Part shown: piece after piece, positions 52,198-64,000 of the stretch
Numbering within the stretch: position 1 is the stretch's first letter
Layout: each line of letters begins with the position of its first letter
Program-made: the position numbers and the translations under genes
Assembly (NCBI GenBank): GCA_013239625.1
Contig: MU053448.1
Coordinates: 124,001-188,000, forward strand
From: Lama guanicoe
Lineage: Eukaryota
Direction of reading: 5' to 3'
DNA: 64,000 nucleotides
Notes under the pieces: generated by a model
Database searches by the model: none
Seen by the model: the letters and a program-made list of their open reading frames with translations, nothing else
Told to the model about the DNA's origin: nothing

Positions 52198-55100
52198 AAA
52201 AAATAATAGAAAAGATCATTGAAACCAAGAGCTGTTTTTTGTTTTTGTTTTGTTTTTTAGAAAGATAAACAAAATTGACAAACCTCTGTCTAGGCTCAAG
52301 AAGAAAAGAGAGAGGACCCAAATAAACAAAATAAGAATTGAAGTAGCAGAAATTAGAAAAATACCTCAGAGATACAAAATAATTATGAGAACACTATGAA
52401 CAGTTATATGTCCAAAAATTGGACAACCTAAAGAAATGGACAAATTTCTACAAACATACAGTCTACCAAGACCAATAAGAAACAGACAATTTGATGAATT
52501 TGATCACTAGAAGTGAAATTGAATTTGTAATTTAAAAAAAAAAATCCTCCAAGCAAGCAAAAGTCCAGGACCAGACAGCTTCACAGGGGAATTGTACTGA
52601 ACATATAAGGAAAAATTAATACTTACCCATCTCAAAATATTCCAAAAAAAATTGAAGAGAACACTCCCACATTTATCCTATGAGATCACCATTACCCTGA
52701 TACCAAAAAGAGACAAAGGTACTACAAAAAAAAAAAATCATAGGCCAATGTCTTTGATGAATAAAGATGCAAAAATTCTCAACAAAATATTAGCAAACTG
52801 AATCCAACAATACATAAAAAGGGTCATACACTGTGATCAAGCTGAATTTACTCAGGTTCACAAGGATGCTTCTACAGTCACAAACCAATCAACATGATAA
52901 ATACCACATTAGCAAAAGGAAGGATAAAAATCACATGTTCATCTCAATAGACACAGACACAGCATTTTACAAAATTCAACATCATGATAAAAAACTCTCA
53001 TCAAAGAGAGTATACAGGGGACACAGCTCAACATAATAAAGGGTATAAAGAAAAACCCACAGCCAACATCATACTCAACAGTGAAGATTTGAAGCCTTCC
53101 CGCTAAATTCAGGAACAAGACAAGGATGCCCATTCTCACCACTTCTATTTAACATAGTAGTGGAAGTCCTAACCCGAGCAATCAGACACGAAAAAGAAAT
53201 AGAAGATATTCAAATTGGAAGGGAAGAGTTAAAACCGTCATTATTTGCAGATGAAATAATACTCTATATAGAGAACCCTAAAGTCTCTACCCAAAACCTA
53301 TCAGAACTAATAAATGAGTTTAGCAAGACTGCAGTTTACAAGATTAATATACAGAAATCTGTGCATTTCTATACACTAATAATGAAATATCAGAAAGAGA
53401 AAGTTAGAAATATCCTGTTTAAAATTGCATCAAAAAGAAACAAGAAATAAACTTCAATAAAGAGGTGGAAAACCTACATACTGAAATCTATAAAACACTG
53501 ATGAGGAAAACTGAAGATGATTCAAAGAAATGGAAAGATATCCCATGCTCTTGGATTGGGAGAATTAATATTGTTAAAATGGCCTCAATACCCAAAGCTA
53601 TCTACAGGTTTAATGCAATCCTTATCTAAATATCCATGACATTTTTCACAGAACTAGAACAAATAATGCTAAAATGTATGGAACCACAAAAGATCCCAAA
53701 ATGTCAAAGCAATCCTGAAAAAAAAAGCTGGAGGTATCACCCTCCTAGACTTTGGGTTATTCTACAAAGCTACAGTATTCAAAACACACAGATCAGTGGA
53801 ACAGGATAGAGAACCTAGAAATAAACCCGTGCACCTATGGTCAATTAACCTATGACGAAAGAGGTGAGAACATACAATGGAGAAAAGATAGTTTCTTAAA
53901 CAAGTAGCGCTGGGAAAAGTGGACAGCACATGTGAAAAAAAAACTGATTAGAACATTCCATCATACCATATACAAAACTAAACTCAAAATGGTTTAAAGG
54001 TTTAAATGTAAGACCTGAAACCATGAAACTCTTAGAAGAACATAGGCAGAACATTCTTCAGCATAAGTCATAGCAATATTTTCTTGGATCAGTCTCTGAA
54101 GTGAAAAGTAACAAAAGCAAAAATAAACAAGTGGTGTCTAATTAAACTTAAAAGCTTTTGCACAGCAAAGGAAACCACTGACAAAATGAAAGGACAACCT
54201 GTTGAATGGGAGAAAATATTGCAAATGATGTGACTGACACGGGGTTAACGCCCAAAATAAACAAACGGCTCGTGCAACTCAATGTCAAAAAAACAAACAA
54301 CCCAACAAAAGAAAGGGCAGAAGATCTAAATAGATATTTCTCCAAAGAAAACATACAGATGGCTAACAGGCACATGAAAAGATACTCAACATCACTAATT
54401 GTTAAAGAAATGCAAATCAAACCTACAAGGACTTATCATCTCATGTGGGTCAGAATGGCCATCATCAAAAAGTCTATAAATAATAAATGCTGGAGAGGGT
54501 GTGGAGAAAAGGGAACCCTCATATACTGCTGGAAGGAATGTAAATTAGTGCAGCCACTATGGAAAACAGTATGGAGATTCCTTAAAAGCGAAAAATAGAG
54601 TTGCCACTTGATCCAGAAATCCCACTCCTGGGCGTGTATCTGGAAAAGATGAAAACTCTCGTTCAAAAAGATACACGCATACTATGTTCATAGCAGCACT
54701 ATTTACAATAGCCAAGACATGGAGGCAACCTAAATGTCCATCAACAGATGACTGGATAAAGAAGATGTGAGATATATATATATGAATATTACTCAGCCAT
54801 AAAAAAGAATGAAATAATGCTATTTGCAGCAATATAGATGGAACTAAAGATCATCATACTAAGTGAAGTAAGTCAGACAGAGAAAGACAAATATCATATA
54901 ATAACATTTATATGTGGAATCTAAAAAGAATGATACAAATGAACTTATTTATAGAACAGAAATTGACTCACAGGCATAAAAAACAAACATGCTTATCAAA
55001 GAGGAAGCAGGGAGGGATAAATTAGGAGTTTGGGATTAACATACACACATTACTATGTATAAAATAGGTAAACAACAATGATCTAATATATAGCACAGGG

Positions 55101-56409
55101 AACTATATTTAATATCTTGTAATAATCTCTAATGGAAAAGATTCTTAAAAAGAATATATATATATGTATAACTGAATCACTTTGCTGTACATCCGAAACT
55201 AACACAACATTGTAAATCAACTATACTTCAAGAAAAAAATTTTTTTAACTATTACAAAGCTACAGTAATTATAACACACAGTAGTTATAACAGTGAGGTA
55301 CTGGCATAAAGACAGACATGCAGACCAATGGAATAGAATAAAAAGCCCATGAGTAAACTCTCACCTATACAGTCAAATCATTTTTCACCAATAAGGAAAT
55401 AAGGTACTTAAACAATATGCCCTTAGCATGTCAATCACAGCTAAAAACAAACAAACAAAATCCTAATCTAGCAATTCCAACCTGCTTGCCATGTCTGACT
55501 CTGGTTTTAGTGCTCGCTCTGTCTCTTCAAATTGTTTTTTGCCTTTTAGTATCCCTTGTAATTTTTGTTGAAAGACAAAAACGATGTACTGAATAGAACA
55601 GGCCTTTCCTGATGATGTGGTAAGGTGTCGGGGGAGGGGTAGCATTCCACAGTCCATGAAATTATAATCAGTTCTTAGTGTTTTAGTGAGCCAGTGCCCC
55701 TGAGCTGCGAACTTCATAAGCGTTTCTCAGTTTTTTTCCCTGCTTTCAATGGAAGAGGATGGTTGGAGGGGCTGTCATTGAGTATTTCCCTTCTTTCAGA
55801 TTGGTTGAACGCTGATAAAACAGCAATAAGTTAGATGTTGTTGAGGTAGTTCTCTTGAGGGCAGGCTTTGTTAAGAACAGAGCGCTCTGGCATATTTCAA
55901 AAGGGTTCCTTTCCCCCCATTCTGCTGGAAGCACAAGGGGACTTTTTTTCTCTGACCTTTACTGTGAGTACCTGGTAAGGCTCCTGGAGCTAAAACTCAC
56001 AAAATTACCAGCACACACCATCTAAGAATGGAGTTTTCATTAAGACAGTTGTTTCAAAGTAATTGTCAAATAAATTTGAAGCCTTTCTTTAGGGTCATTT
56101 TCTAGAGATTTATTTTGTTTCTTTGAATAAGTCAGGGGTGTTGCATATTGGGCATTCTGACAATCCAGACATCTCTGCCAGTCTTTGTGGCCCGACTCTG
56201 TGCAGGGAAGCCCTCCCCTATCTAATGCAGCGGGAGGGCTCAGAGTGACCTCGGGGCTTTTCAGGTGGTGCATGTTCCAGTGTGTGTTTGTATGTGTTTT
56301 TTTAATTCTTCTATATACACAGCTGCTTTTCAAAATATCTTGTATCTGTAAGAGTCTCATCCTTCGCAGGGCCTGGGATGTTCTATTGTACTCCTCTGTA
56401 CACAATCTC

Positions 56410-57530
56410 TTGCTCCCAGGTACCCATAGGTCTGACATCCCTCTGAAGGTCTTCTCCATGTCCTGGCACCTCCCTGCTGTCATCAGCTCCACTGGGCTGC
56501 ACCCTGCAGGCCTATAAGCCCTGTACCTGCCCAGCTTCAAGCCCAAAGAAAGAGCCTGCAGTCAGCAACAGAGACATCAATTGTTTAATGGATAGGGAAT
56601 CTTACATGTCTGAAACATGGTCCTGGAGTGACACCCCGCAGTGTGCAGGCGGAGGTGGGAAGAACATGGTGGCAGTCTTCACCACTGAGGGAAGGGAGGT
56701 CACCATTTACAGGGGAATTGATGTCAGGTTGGCTCATTGGTTACCAAGGAAACCAGTAGAGGGGCACACCCCTCACTGCCCGTTTCCTAGGCCATCATAG
56801 TGGAGATGTTCTAATCTAAAGCTAAAACAATCATTAGCTAGGGCTGTTAGAGCAGGCAGATAGCTAGATATGAGCAGAGAAAGGGGGACGCAGGCCAAAT
56901 GGCAGGAATTGGGCAAAAAAAAGAGGGGCACGGACCAAATGCAAAAAACCTTACATCATGTAAGCACCAAAGGGTCCCTGGGCAGACAAAAATCAGGAAC
57001 CTCCAGACTGATAAGAAATCACACATTTTAGGGTGACAAGTGCTCGGGAGGCAGAAAAAGAAAGGTGGGAAAAGGCAGCAATCTCCAGTGTTTGAATGTA
57101 ACCTTCTGCTCATTATGCCCTCATTTCAATACAATTAGCCTTGCAGATTAGAAGTCCCCATCATGCACCAATGCATGACACTTCGTATCCAGACTAAACA
57201 AAGACAAAAATCCCTCCTCCCTTCAGGAAGGTGGAGCTGGGATGAAAACCAGGGAATATAACCCCAAACCCTTCCCTCCCAATGAACATTCTGCCCACTC
57301 ACTTTTACACTCTGTGTAACCAACTTGCCAAAGAAACTCAGGGCAACTGCTTGCCTGAACCTGGCCACTCTCCCCTTGAGAGTGTACCATCCATCCCTTG
57401 ATGAATCCCCACTTTACTTTCTTAACTTCCATGTCTCATCTCTGAATTCTTTCTGAGACAAGAACCTAATCACCAGCCACAGGGCGCGGGCAAGTATGCA
57501 GGAAGGTCAGTCATGTGAGTAGGGAGGGTG
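56410..57530 (-). mobile_element. Probable LTR interrupted by the 56845-57481 solo LTR
   Basis: Minus-strand ccATTAAAcaattgatgtctctgttgctgac followed by U5-like text; composition distinct from flanking L1. Boundaries uncertain. Confidence 0.4.
56845..57481 (+). mobile_element. Complete solo LTR, 637 bp, 4-bp TSD GGGC
   Basis: TGTTAGAGCAGGCAG...CACCAGCCACA; GGGC at 56841-56844 and 57482-57485. Confidence 0.85.
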
Positions 57531-58707
57531 TACGGGAAGCAGGCACTGGTCAAGCAGGGGATGTACAGACAGCAAGAGAACAGCCATCCTGAGCGGCCTG
57601 ACCACACATCTTCCAACCTGATACCCGACTAACCCACCATCCCCATCAGTGCTCCGAGTCAGGGGAGTCAGGGAGACAAAACCAGCCCTTCCACCAGCCC
57701 CAAACAACATCGTAAACAACTTCTGCTTTTTCCCCTCCACCCTAAGGGAGGGACCAGATATTGAGTGGCTTCCTCTATCTGCACCATGCCTGGGTTGGGG
57801 TGAGCAAGTGTGATTAAAAATGTCATGAGATTTTTGTTTGGAATGTTTTGAGCACAGCTGTTTCTTGGTTGTGCGTTCATTTGGTTGCTGCAGATCCTTC
57901 ACTAGTTTCTAGAGTTCTCACAAAGCTCCTTAGGTCAGCATGATGGTTACATGGTGTTTCTGTGGGGAAATGAGGGCCTGGAGCTTCCTACTCTGCTTTC
58001 TTACTCACAGCAGCCAATGCTATCTTCTGTATTTGGTAAACTCACATAATAAATTTGAGATTCATCCATTTTGTGGTAATACTTGGGTCAGTCAATGCTT
58101 CCTCTTTATTACTAATATTCCATTGTACGAACATACCACAATTTGTTTATCCATTTTCCTAGTTATGCACTTTGAGTTGTTTTCACGTTTTTGCTATTAT
58201 GAATGAAGTTCATAAGAATGTTCATGCACAAGTCTTTGTGTAGATACATTTTCATTTCTCTTGGCTAAATACATAGAATTAGAATTACTGCACCATAGCA
58301 TATATGTATGTCTAACTTTATAAAAGAATTCCAAAGTGATTTCTTCTTTGAAGTGTCCTAGTTTTATTGGGTTGGAATTTAATTGTTGATTTGTAGGGGT
58401 TCTTTGTATATTCTCGATACAACTCCTCCATATGTGCACCAAGACTGCTTCCAGTCTGGCATTTTATTCTCTTAACATTGTCTTTTGATGAAAAATTTAC
58501 ATTTTTTGACCAAATCATTCATTATTTTTTTCTAAAGGTATTAACCAAAGAAGTTAATACATTTTCTATTCTTGACCTACCTCAGCCCTCAGGCTCTGAA
58601 ATTATTCTGTGTTTTCTTCTAGAAACTTTGTTTCTTCACCTTCACATTTAGGTCTATGATCTATATCGAGTTAATTTGTGTGTATGGTATGGGCAGGGGG
58701 CTCAAGG

Positions 58708-59179
58708 TGAGACAGGATGGAAGAGAGTAAGGCACAGTCATTAAAGGAATGACATAACCCTTGAGGATATGGCATAAACTGGTTAGAACCAACTAGGCCC
58801 AAGATGGTGGAAGATTTGACTTCCAGGAGACCTTGGGCCTCATTACACGCTCACTGTAATACATTAGGGTGCTAAATGACATACCCAGAGGCACCCTGAC
58901 AGTTCCCAGGCTGATCATGAAAGGCCAAAAAATTGGGTGGGGGGCCCAATTCCTGCAGATCCCTCCCCTTCCCCCAAAACCCTCCCACTTGTAAGCATAG
59001 GAAATTACCCAGACCATAAAAATCAAACACCCCTGAACCCTGAGGCCACATTCCCTTCTGAGACAGACCACATTCTGTCTATGGAATGTGAATCTGTCTA
59101 AACAAACTTGCTTTCACTTTGCTATGGCTCACCCTTGAATTCGTTGCTGGGAGAGACAAGAACCTATTCTCTGGTAACA
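58708..59179 (+). mobile_element. Solo LTR, 472 bp, 4-bp TSD AAGG
   Basis: TGAGACAGG...ctggtAACA flanked by AAGG (58704-58707 / 59180-59183). Confidence 0.8.
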
Positions 59180-59241
59180 AAGGTTCAGTTTTTCCCACAG
59201 TTATGCAGTTACTTAGCACCTTTAACAGGAGACTTTCTTTA

Positions 59242-59552
59242 TGATACAAGAACTTATTTACAGAACAGAAACAGACTCACAGACATAGAACACACACTTA
59301 TGGTTACTAAAGGAGAAGAGGGGAGAGGGATAAATTAGGAGTTTGGGATTAACCGTATATAAAATAGATCATCAACAGGGTCCTACTGTACAGCACAGGG
59401 AACTATATTCAATACCCTGTAATAACCTATAATGGAAAAGAATCTGAAAAAGAATAGATTTATATACATATGTATAATTGAGTCACTTTGCTGTACACCT
59501 GAAACTTACACAACATTGTAAATTAACTATACCTCAATAAGAAAAAAAAAAA
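59242..59552 (+). mobile_element. L1 3'UTR end with poly(A)
   Basis: gaacttatttacagaacagaaacagactcacagacatagaa...A12; TSD agactttc(t/c)tta. Confidence 0.85.
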
Positions 59553-59624
59553 AGACTTTCCTTACCCCTTTGAACTCCTTTGACATCTTTATTAAAAATC
59601 AACTGACCATATAGGTGTGAGCTT

Positions 59625-59790
59625 GTCTTAGTCTGTTTGGGCTGCTGTAATAGGTAGACTGAGTGGCTGATAAACAACAGAAATCTATTTCTCACAGTTT
59701 GGAGGCTGGAAAGTCCAAGAGCAAGGTACTGACAGATTTGGTGTCTGGTAGAAGTCCACCTCTTTCTTCACAGACCTATAACCTCACATA
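59625..59790. mobile_element. MaLR (MLT1A-like) LTR fragment
   Basis: tgtcttagtctgtttgggctgctgtaa..taaacaacagaaatctatttctcacagtttggaggctggaaagtccaag. Confidence 0.7.
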
Positions 59791-61299
59791 GTGGCGGAGA
59801 TATGTGATTTCTTCTCTGATTAAAGGAATATTTAGAAATGCGTTGTTTAGTTCTATAATATTTGGGCATTTAAAAAGTTATCTTTTTCTTACTGCTTTTT
59901 AGTTCAGTTTTGTTGTAGTCAAGGTTCTATACAGTTTCAATCCATTGAAATTAATCCACTGAGATTAGTTTTACTTCCTAACATATGTTACATTTTGTGT
60001 GTGTTATCTGAAATCTTTTAATTCTTCTCTGTACACCTTGAGAGTTCAGTATAAATATTTTGAACATCTTTTATTAAACACAATGTATTCTGTATTTTGT
60101 TTTGTGAGGATACTACTGAGGTCAAATAGGTCAGTTGTTTTAAATTTTTTTTTTTTGTATCTTGACTCTTTGTTGTCTGCCTGTTCTATCATTTACTAAA
60201 AGACAGGTGTTAAAATCTCTAATTGAGACTGTGTATTTGAAATATTTCAAAGCTTATTTGGTGCATACACATTAAAAATACCATTTTTTCCCTGAATGAA
60301 TAGACCCATTTATCTTTTTCAAATATCCCTTCTAATATCTGGTGACGGTCCTTGTCTTGATACTGATATAGTCACTCCTACTTTCTTATGATTAGCATGT
60401 GCATGATAGATGGCTTTTCATCTTTTAAAATTTCAGTCTCTTTGTGTCCTTATATTTAAAGTATGTTGCTTTTAAACAGCCATATATTTGGGTTTTGTTT
60501 TTATCCAACGTGACAATTTCTTTTAATTGGAATGTTCAGTCTATTTACATTTAATGTAATTACTAACATGTTGGATTTAAGCCTGACACCTTGCTCTCTG
60601 TTACTGTGTGTCCTATGTGCTTTTTGCTCCTTTGGATTGAGTTTATTTTAACATTTCATTTTCTCTTCTTGAATTTTTGACTATGCCACTTATTTTTTTA
60701 TTAATTGCTCTAGGGATTACAGTATTTTAAAATTATCACAATATACCTTGAATTTGTATTCCATCACTTCACCTACAGTGTTAAACAAAGAAACAAAAAA
60801 CAAAACAAAACAAAACAAAGAGACCTTTGGAATCTAACTTTGAGACTCAGCCCTAGGCAGAGAGAAGCAGTTTTCTTCTGACTGAAAATGTGTAGGCAGG
60901 CTGGGATCCAGAAAGTCCCTCAAAATCCATGCTGTGCAGGAGTGTGGGGGACCTCCAAAAACTTCTAGAAAAAGTGGTCTCTGAATATTCAGACAACTGA
61001 TGGATTCTGGTTTGGTCAGGATCCATTTGCTGTAACTTTTTGCATTATCCAGAGGACCCCCAGGGAATAATCAAACTTCTTGTGTTTTTCGTAGTCTAGT
61101 ACCTGCTGCCCATCTTTACTGTCCTCCCTTCCAACTAACTGGGTTGGGGGTGGCGGCGAAGGGCGAATGGGTGGAGTGGGTGGGTGGGGCTTAGGGACCC
61201 CCATTCCCAGCATTCTGCGTTTCCATATAAGGAGTTATTTAATTGGCCCCTCTGAATTCTGTGTTTGGGGGCTAGTTCCTTAAGATTTGTCAGCCATTC

Positions 61300-63180
61300 C
61301 CACAAGCGTGCGCATGCAATTGTCCGGCTCAGAGGGGAGACTGGGCTGTACAGATGCGATCACTGCAGGGGCGGGTCCGGGTCACTTTCTCCCAGTTGGC
61401 TCGGTTCTGGCGGAGTGTCCCGGTCCCACCCGGCACCCCGGCCGCCTGTGGCGCTCCGGGCCGCCGAGCGCAGGTGCGCGCGCCTCGTCCCTGGCTGTGG
61501 GGCGCCGGGCCGGGTGTCCCCCCAGGTCCCTTTTGAAGCCTATCCCACCCACCGCCTGGACCCCGTGGAGCCCCGGGACAGGGTGTGAACCCCGGCTCTT
61601 TTTCCGGCCCTAGCCGGGAGGCTGCACGGGGAAGCCCCTCGTCGGTCCCCCTCCCCTCCCGCGGTCCCGGGCAGAGCTGAGGTCGCCTAAGCCGGCAGGT
61701 GGCCCTCGGGCTCCCCTCCCCAGGGAGCATTTTCCGCCCAGCCGAGCGCTGGGCGGCGGCGCGGCGGAGGGCGCCCGGCGCGGAGGAGCGAGCGGACGGG
61801 GCCGCGGCCGCAGCGCGGGGGGAGGAGCGCCAGGAGGAAGGGGCCGAGCCGGGAGAGCCCCCGCCCCGGGAGGAAGGGGAGGAGGCCGGGTGTTTCCTGG
61901 CGCATTCCCGGCCCGCCCGATTGACTCACTCAGCCAGGAAACTCCCAGGGCCTGCCCGGGACCCCGCGAGCCGCCTCCGCGGACCCAGGTGAGGAATGCC
62001 GCTGCCCCGACCCGACCCGCGCCCCCCGTGGGGTCCCGGCCGCCCTCGGAACCGAGCCGGGCGGTTGGGGCGGGAGGGGTGCGGCGGGGGTGCCGGGGCC
62101 TCGCGGGCGGCCGGGACTTGATCCTGGGCAGCGCGGCCTCCCCGGCGGCGCGGCCTCCCGGGGTCGCCCCGGCCCCTGCGCGCCGCTGACCCCGCGGCCC
62201 GGACCCCTAGCCCCTGCGCTGCGGCCTGGGAGTCCCGAAGCCCGGCCCGCGCCCCCTACCCCAGCGCCCCCGGCACGTGGCGGAGCTCCAGTGGGGAGTG
62301 GGTGCATTGGGGTTTCTCGGTTATTGTTGGAAAGTAAGGAGCCGGCGGTTTGCACTGAGGTCGTGCGAAGAGACTTGAGCAGTTTGCTTTGTGCCTTTTT
62401 CTGAGGGAAGGAGAGAGACTGGCCGAGCGAAACCATCTTGCAGATTCTTGGAGAGAGGAGTTTGAGGCTTTGTTAAGGAGCCGAGATTGTTACGTGGGCA
62501 GCGCGGTTCCGCACAGCCAGACCGAAGGGTGTATTTTAAGCCTAAAAGGCGTTCTCCCAATTCGCGGAGTTTAGTGGGCGTGAGAAAAGGGTGGAAGATT
62601 TTGGAAATGGGGTTTAAGGAGTGTTTTCCAAGTCGAGAGGCGTCCGGACCACGTCCACTCCAGGGTTAGGTGTGCGCGGCAGGATAGCGATTGCTCGGGA
62701 AACCCTGTGCTGGACGGTCTGCGCGTCTCCGGGCGCCCGAGACCCGGGAGTTTCCTTTCCCGGGGTAGTGGGTGCTGCGCGCCCCGCACCGTGTTTTGCC
62801 CAAGCTTGGCAAGCCGGGGAAGTATTCCTGCCGCTTATTAGGTGATTCCGTCCATGATCGTGATTGAAGCGGCAGTGATCCCCGTGCCGTAGCTCGGGTT
62901 GCTGGGCTTAACTCACCACCAGCTCCGGCGGCTGGTGTTGGAGAACCCGGTTCCGGCCGCCCCGGGAGGCGCGGGCCTCGGGCGCTCTGCGCGGTGCCGG
63001 CCGTCCCTTCCCCCTGAAGGCCTGTCGTGATTTTCCGGGGAAGGCGCAGATCCGCACGCCCGGAACCCGAAGGAGTAATCCCGTTTTAAACAAACGTGGG
63101 CCGCGGCAGGTGTGTGTTTGTGGGAATTCGGTAGGAAGATGGTGCGAACGCCGCCTCCGCCGCGCAGCCGCGTCATCTCT
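61300..63180. promoter_or_regulatory. CpG island / promoter of the next gene (probably CYFIP1 by synteny)
   Basis: Abrupt rise in GC and undepleted CpG; GC boxes; NRF1-like TGCGCATGCA at 61309-61318; AP-1 TGACTCA at 61922-61928. Gene identity is inferred only from the recalled order TUBGCP5-CYFIP1-NIPA2-NIPA1. Confidence 0.85.
61900..61988 (+). other. Candidate non-coding first exon (5' end uncertain)
   Basis: Strong donor CAG|GTGAGG at 61988/61989 inside the CpG island; no ATG in the preceding ~250 nt. Confidence 0.55.
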
Positions 63181-63304
63181 GTGACAGAGGCCAACAGGGA
63201 AATGTGGAAAAGACATTTCTTGTGTGAATGCATACGTTTGTGTGCTGATAGAGCGCTCCAAGAAAAGTTACCCACCAAGTGTGTTTGTACGTGTGTTTGT
63301 TTAC

Positions 63305-63575
63305 ATTTATTTTTTAGTTTATGTATAGTTAAATTCCCTTTGTGTTGGACAGTTCACTGAGTTTTGACAAATGCACAGAGTCGTGTGACTGCCACCACAA
63401 TCAAAATACACAACAGTTTCATCACCCCCTAAAGGCCTTCTTGCTGTTCCCCGTTCTCAACTCCTGACCACTGATCTGTACTTCATTCCTGCAGTTTTGG
63501 TTTTTCCAGAATGTCTTACATGGTTTCTAAGTCTGGCTTGTTCATTTAGCATAACGCCATTGAGATTCATCCATT
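63305..63575 (-). mobile_element. Ancient L1 (L1MB/ME-like) 3' fragment
   Basis: gagttttgacaaatgca..ccaccacaatcaaaataca..ccactgatctg..ttccagaatgtc..gagattcatccat. Confidence 0.65.
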
Positions 63576-64000
63576 CTCTCGTTTGTCCCTTTAACGTCTC
63601 CTAAAGACGTTAAAGTTTGAAAAGTGTACCTCTTAGGATACAACCTGAGCCGTTCGAATAATATTTGTAAGTCACGAGAAAAACGACAGAACATCAGCTC
63701 ATTAAGAAATGTAAACTGTATTGGGGGTGGAGGAAAAAATAAATGTAAACGGTACTGAACTACATATACTAAAAGTGAAATTCTCTGAGTACTTCTTGAT
63801 CTATAGCGTTTTATGTGCATGCACATAGGTTTTGTTTTGTGTGTGTGTTCTTTTTATAACATAATGAGATTATATTGCATGTATCATACCTTTTACTTAA
63901 TGATTCTGGATTACTTGAAGATTTTGGAGATCTTAAGATGTTGGCATTTACAGTATACATACACATAGACATCCTATCCCATAGTATAAATATACTATCA

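Larger units (their letters stand above)
49170..55245 (+). mobile_element. Long L1 (ORF2 endonuclease to 3'UTR; inactivated) hosting two nested L1 3' fragments
   Basis: EN-like WIWKKDLSICSLQET, RT-like ISIDTDTAFYKI and [14 protein letters not shown]-terminal [11 protein letters not shown]; many stops and frameshifts; 3'UTR and tail at about 55230. Confidence 0.92.

Noticed and set aside
49170..55245. Active L1 or a domesticated reverse transcriptase gene
   Set aside because: ORF2 is fragmented by stops, frameshifts and two insertions; no ORF1 or 5'UTR attached.
47181..57481. Two similar LTRs as the ends of one provirus or composite transposon
   Set aside because: They are inverted, have different TSDs, and the interval is mostly L1 with no gag/pol/env seen.
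28200..61200. A hidden protein-coding gene in the intergenic interval
   Set aside because: Most recognisable sequence is transposon-derived; no exon chain or non-TE protein similarity was visible. A lncRNA cannot be excluded.
61265..63360. Long Pro/Gly/Arg-rich ORFs in the CpG island
   Set aside because: Expected from stop-codon scarcity in GC-rich DNA; they overlap in several frames and resemble no known protein.

Overview
Mammalian genomic DNA, most likely a camelid. This is inferred from about 10 copies of a tRNA-derived SINE resembling camelid Vic-1, artiodactyl-type L1 3' ends, and no Alu, Bov-tA or PRE1 seen. Bases 1-28.2 kb hold the last 18 exons of TUBGCP5 (gamma-tubulin complex component 5, + strand). 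I checked every splice junction by hand: all are GT-AG, phases are consistent, and the frame stays open to ...MAGMEQS*. The first intron carries an antisense, 5'-truncated processed cathepsin L pseudogene with a perfect 14-bp target-site duplication (TSD). Bases 28-61 kb are a transposon-packed intergenic stretch with nested L1s, solo LTRs, SINEs and DNA-transposon relics. Bases 61.3-63.2 kb are a CpG-island promoter with a likely non-coding first exon, probably CYFIP1 by recalled mammalian synteny (not provable here). I see no prokaryotic-type system and no novel protein-coding gene. The most unusual signal is a short L1MC-like 3'-end sequence present twice (206-490 and 21237-21402). Each copy has its own TSD, sits inside an apparently younger host, and shares private variants with the other, suggesting an old L1 fragment was re-mobilised in this lineage. 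Repeat family names are from memory, not a database search.
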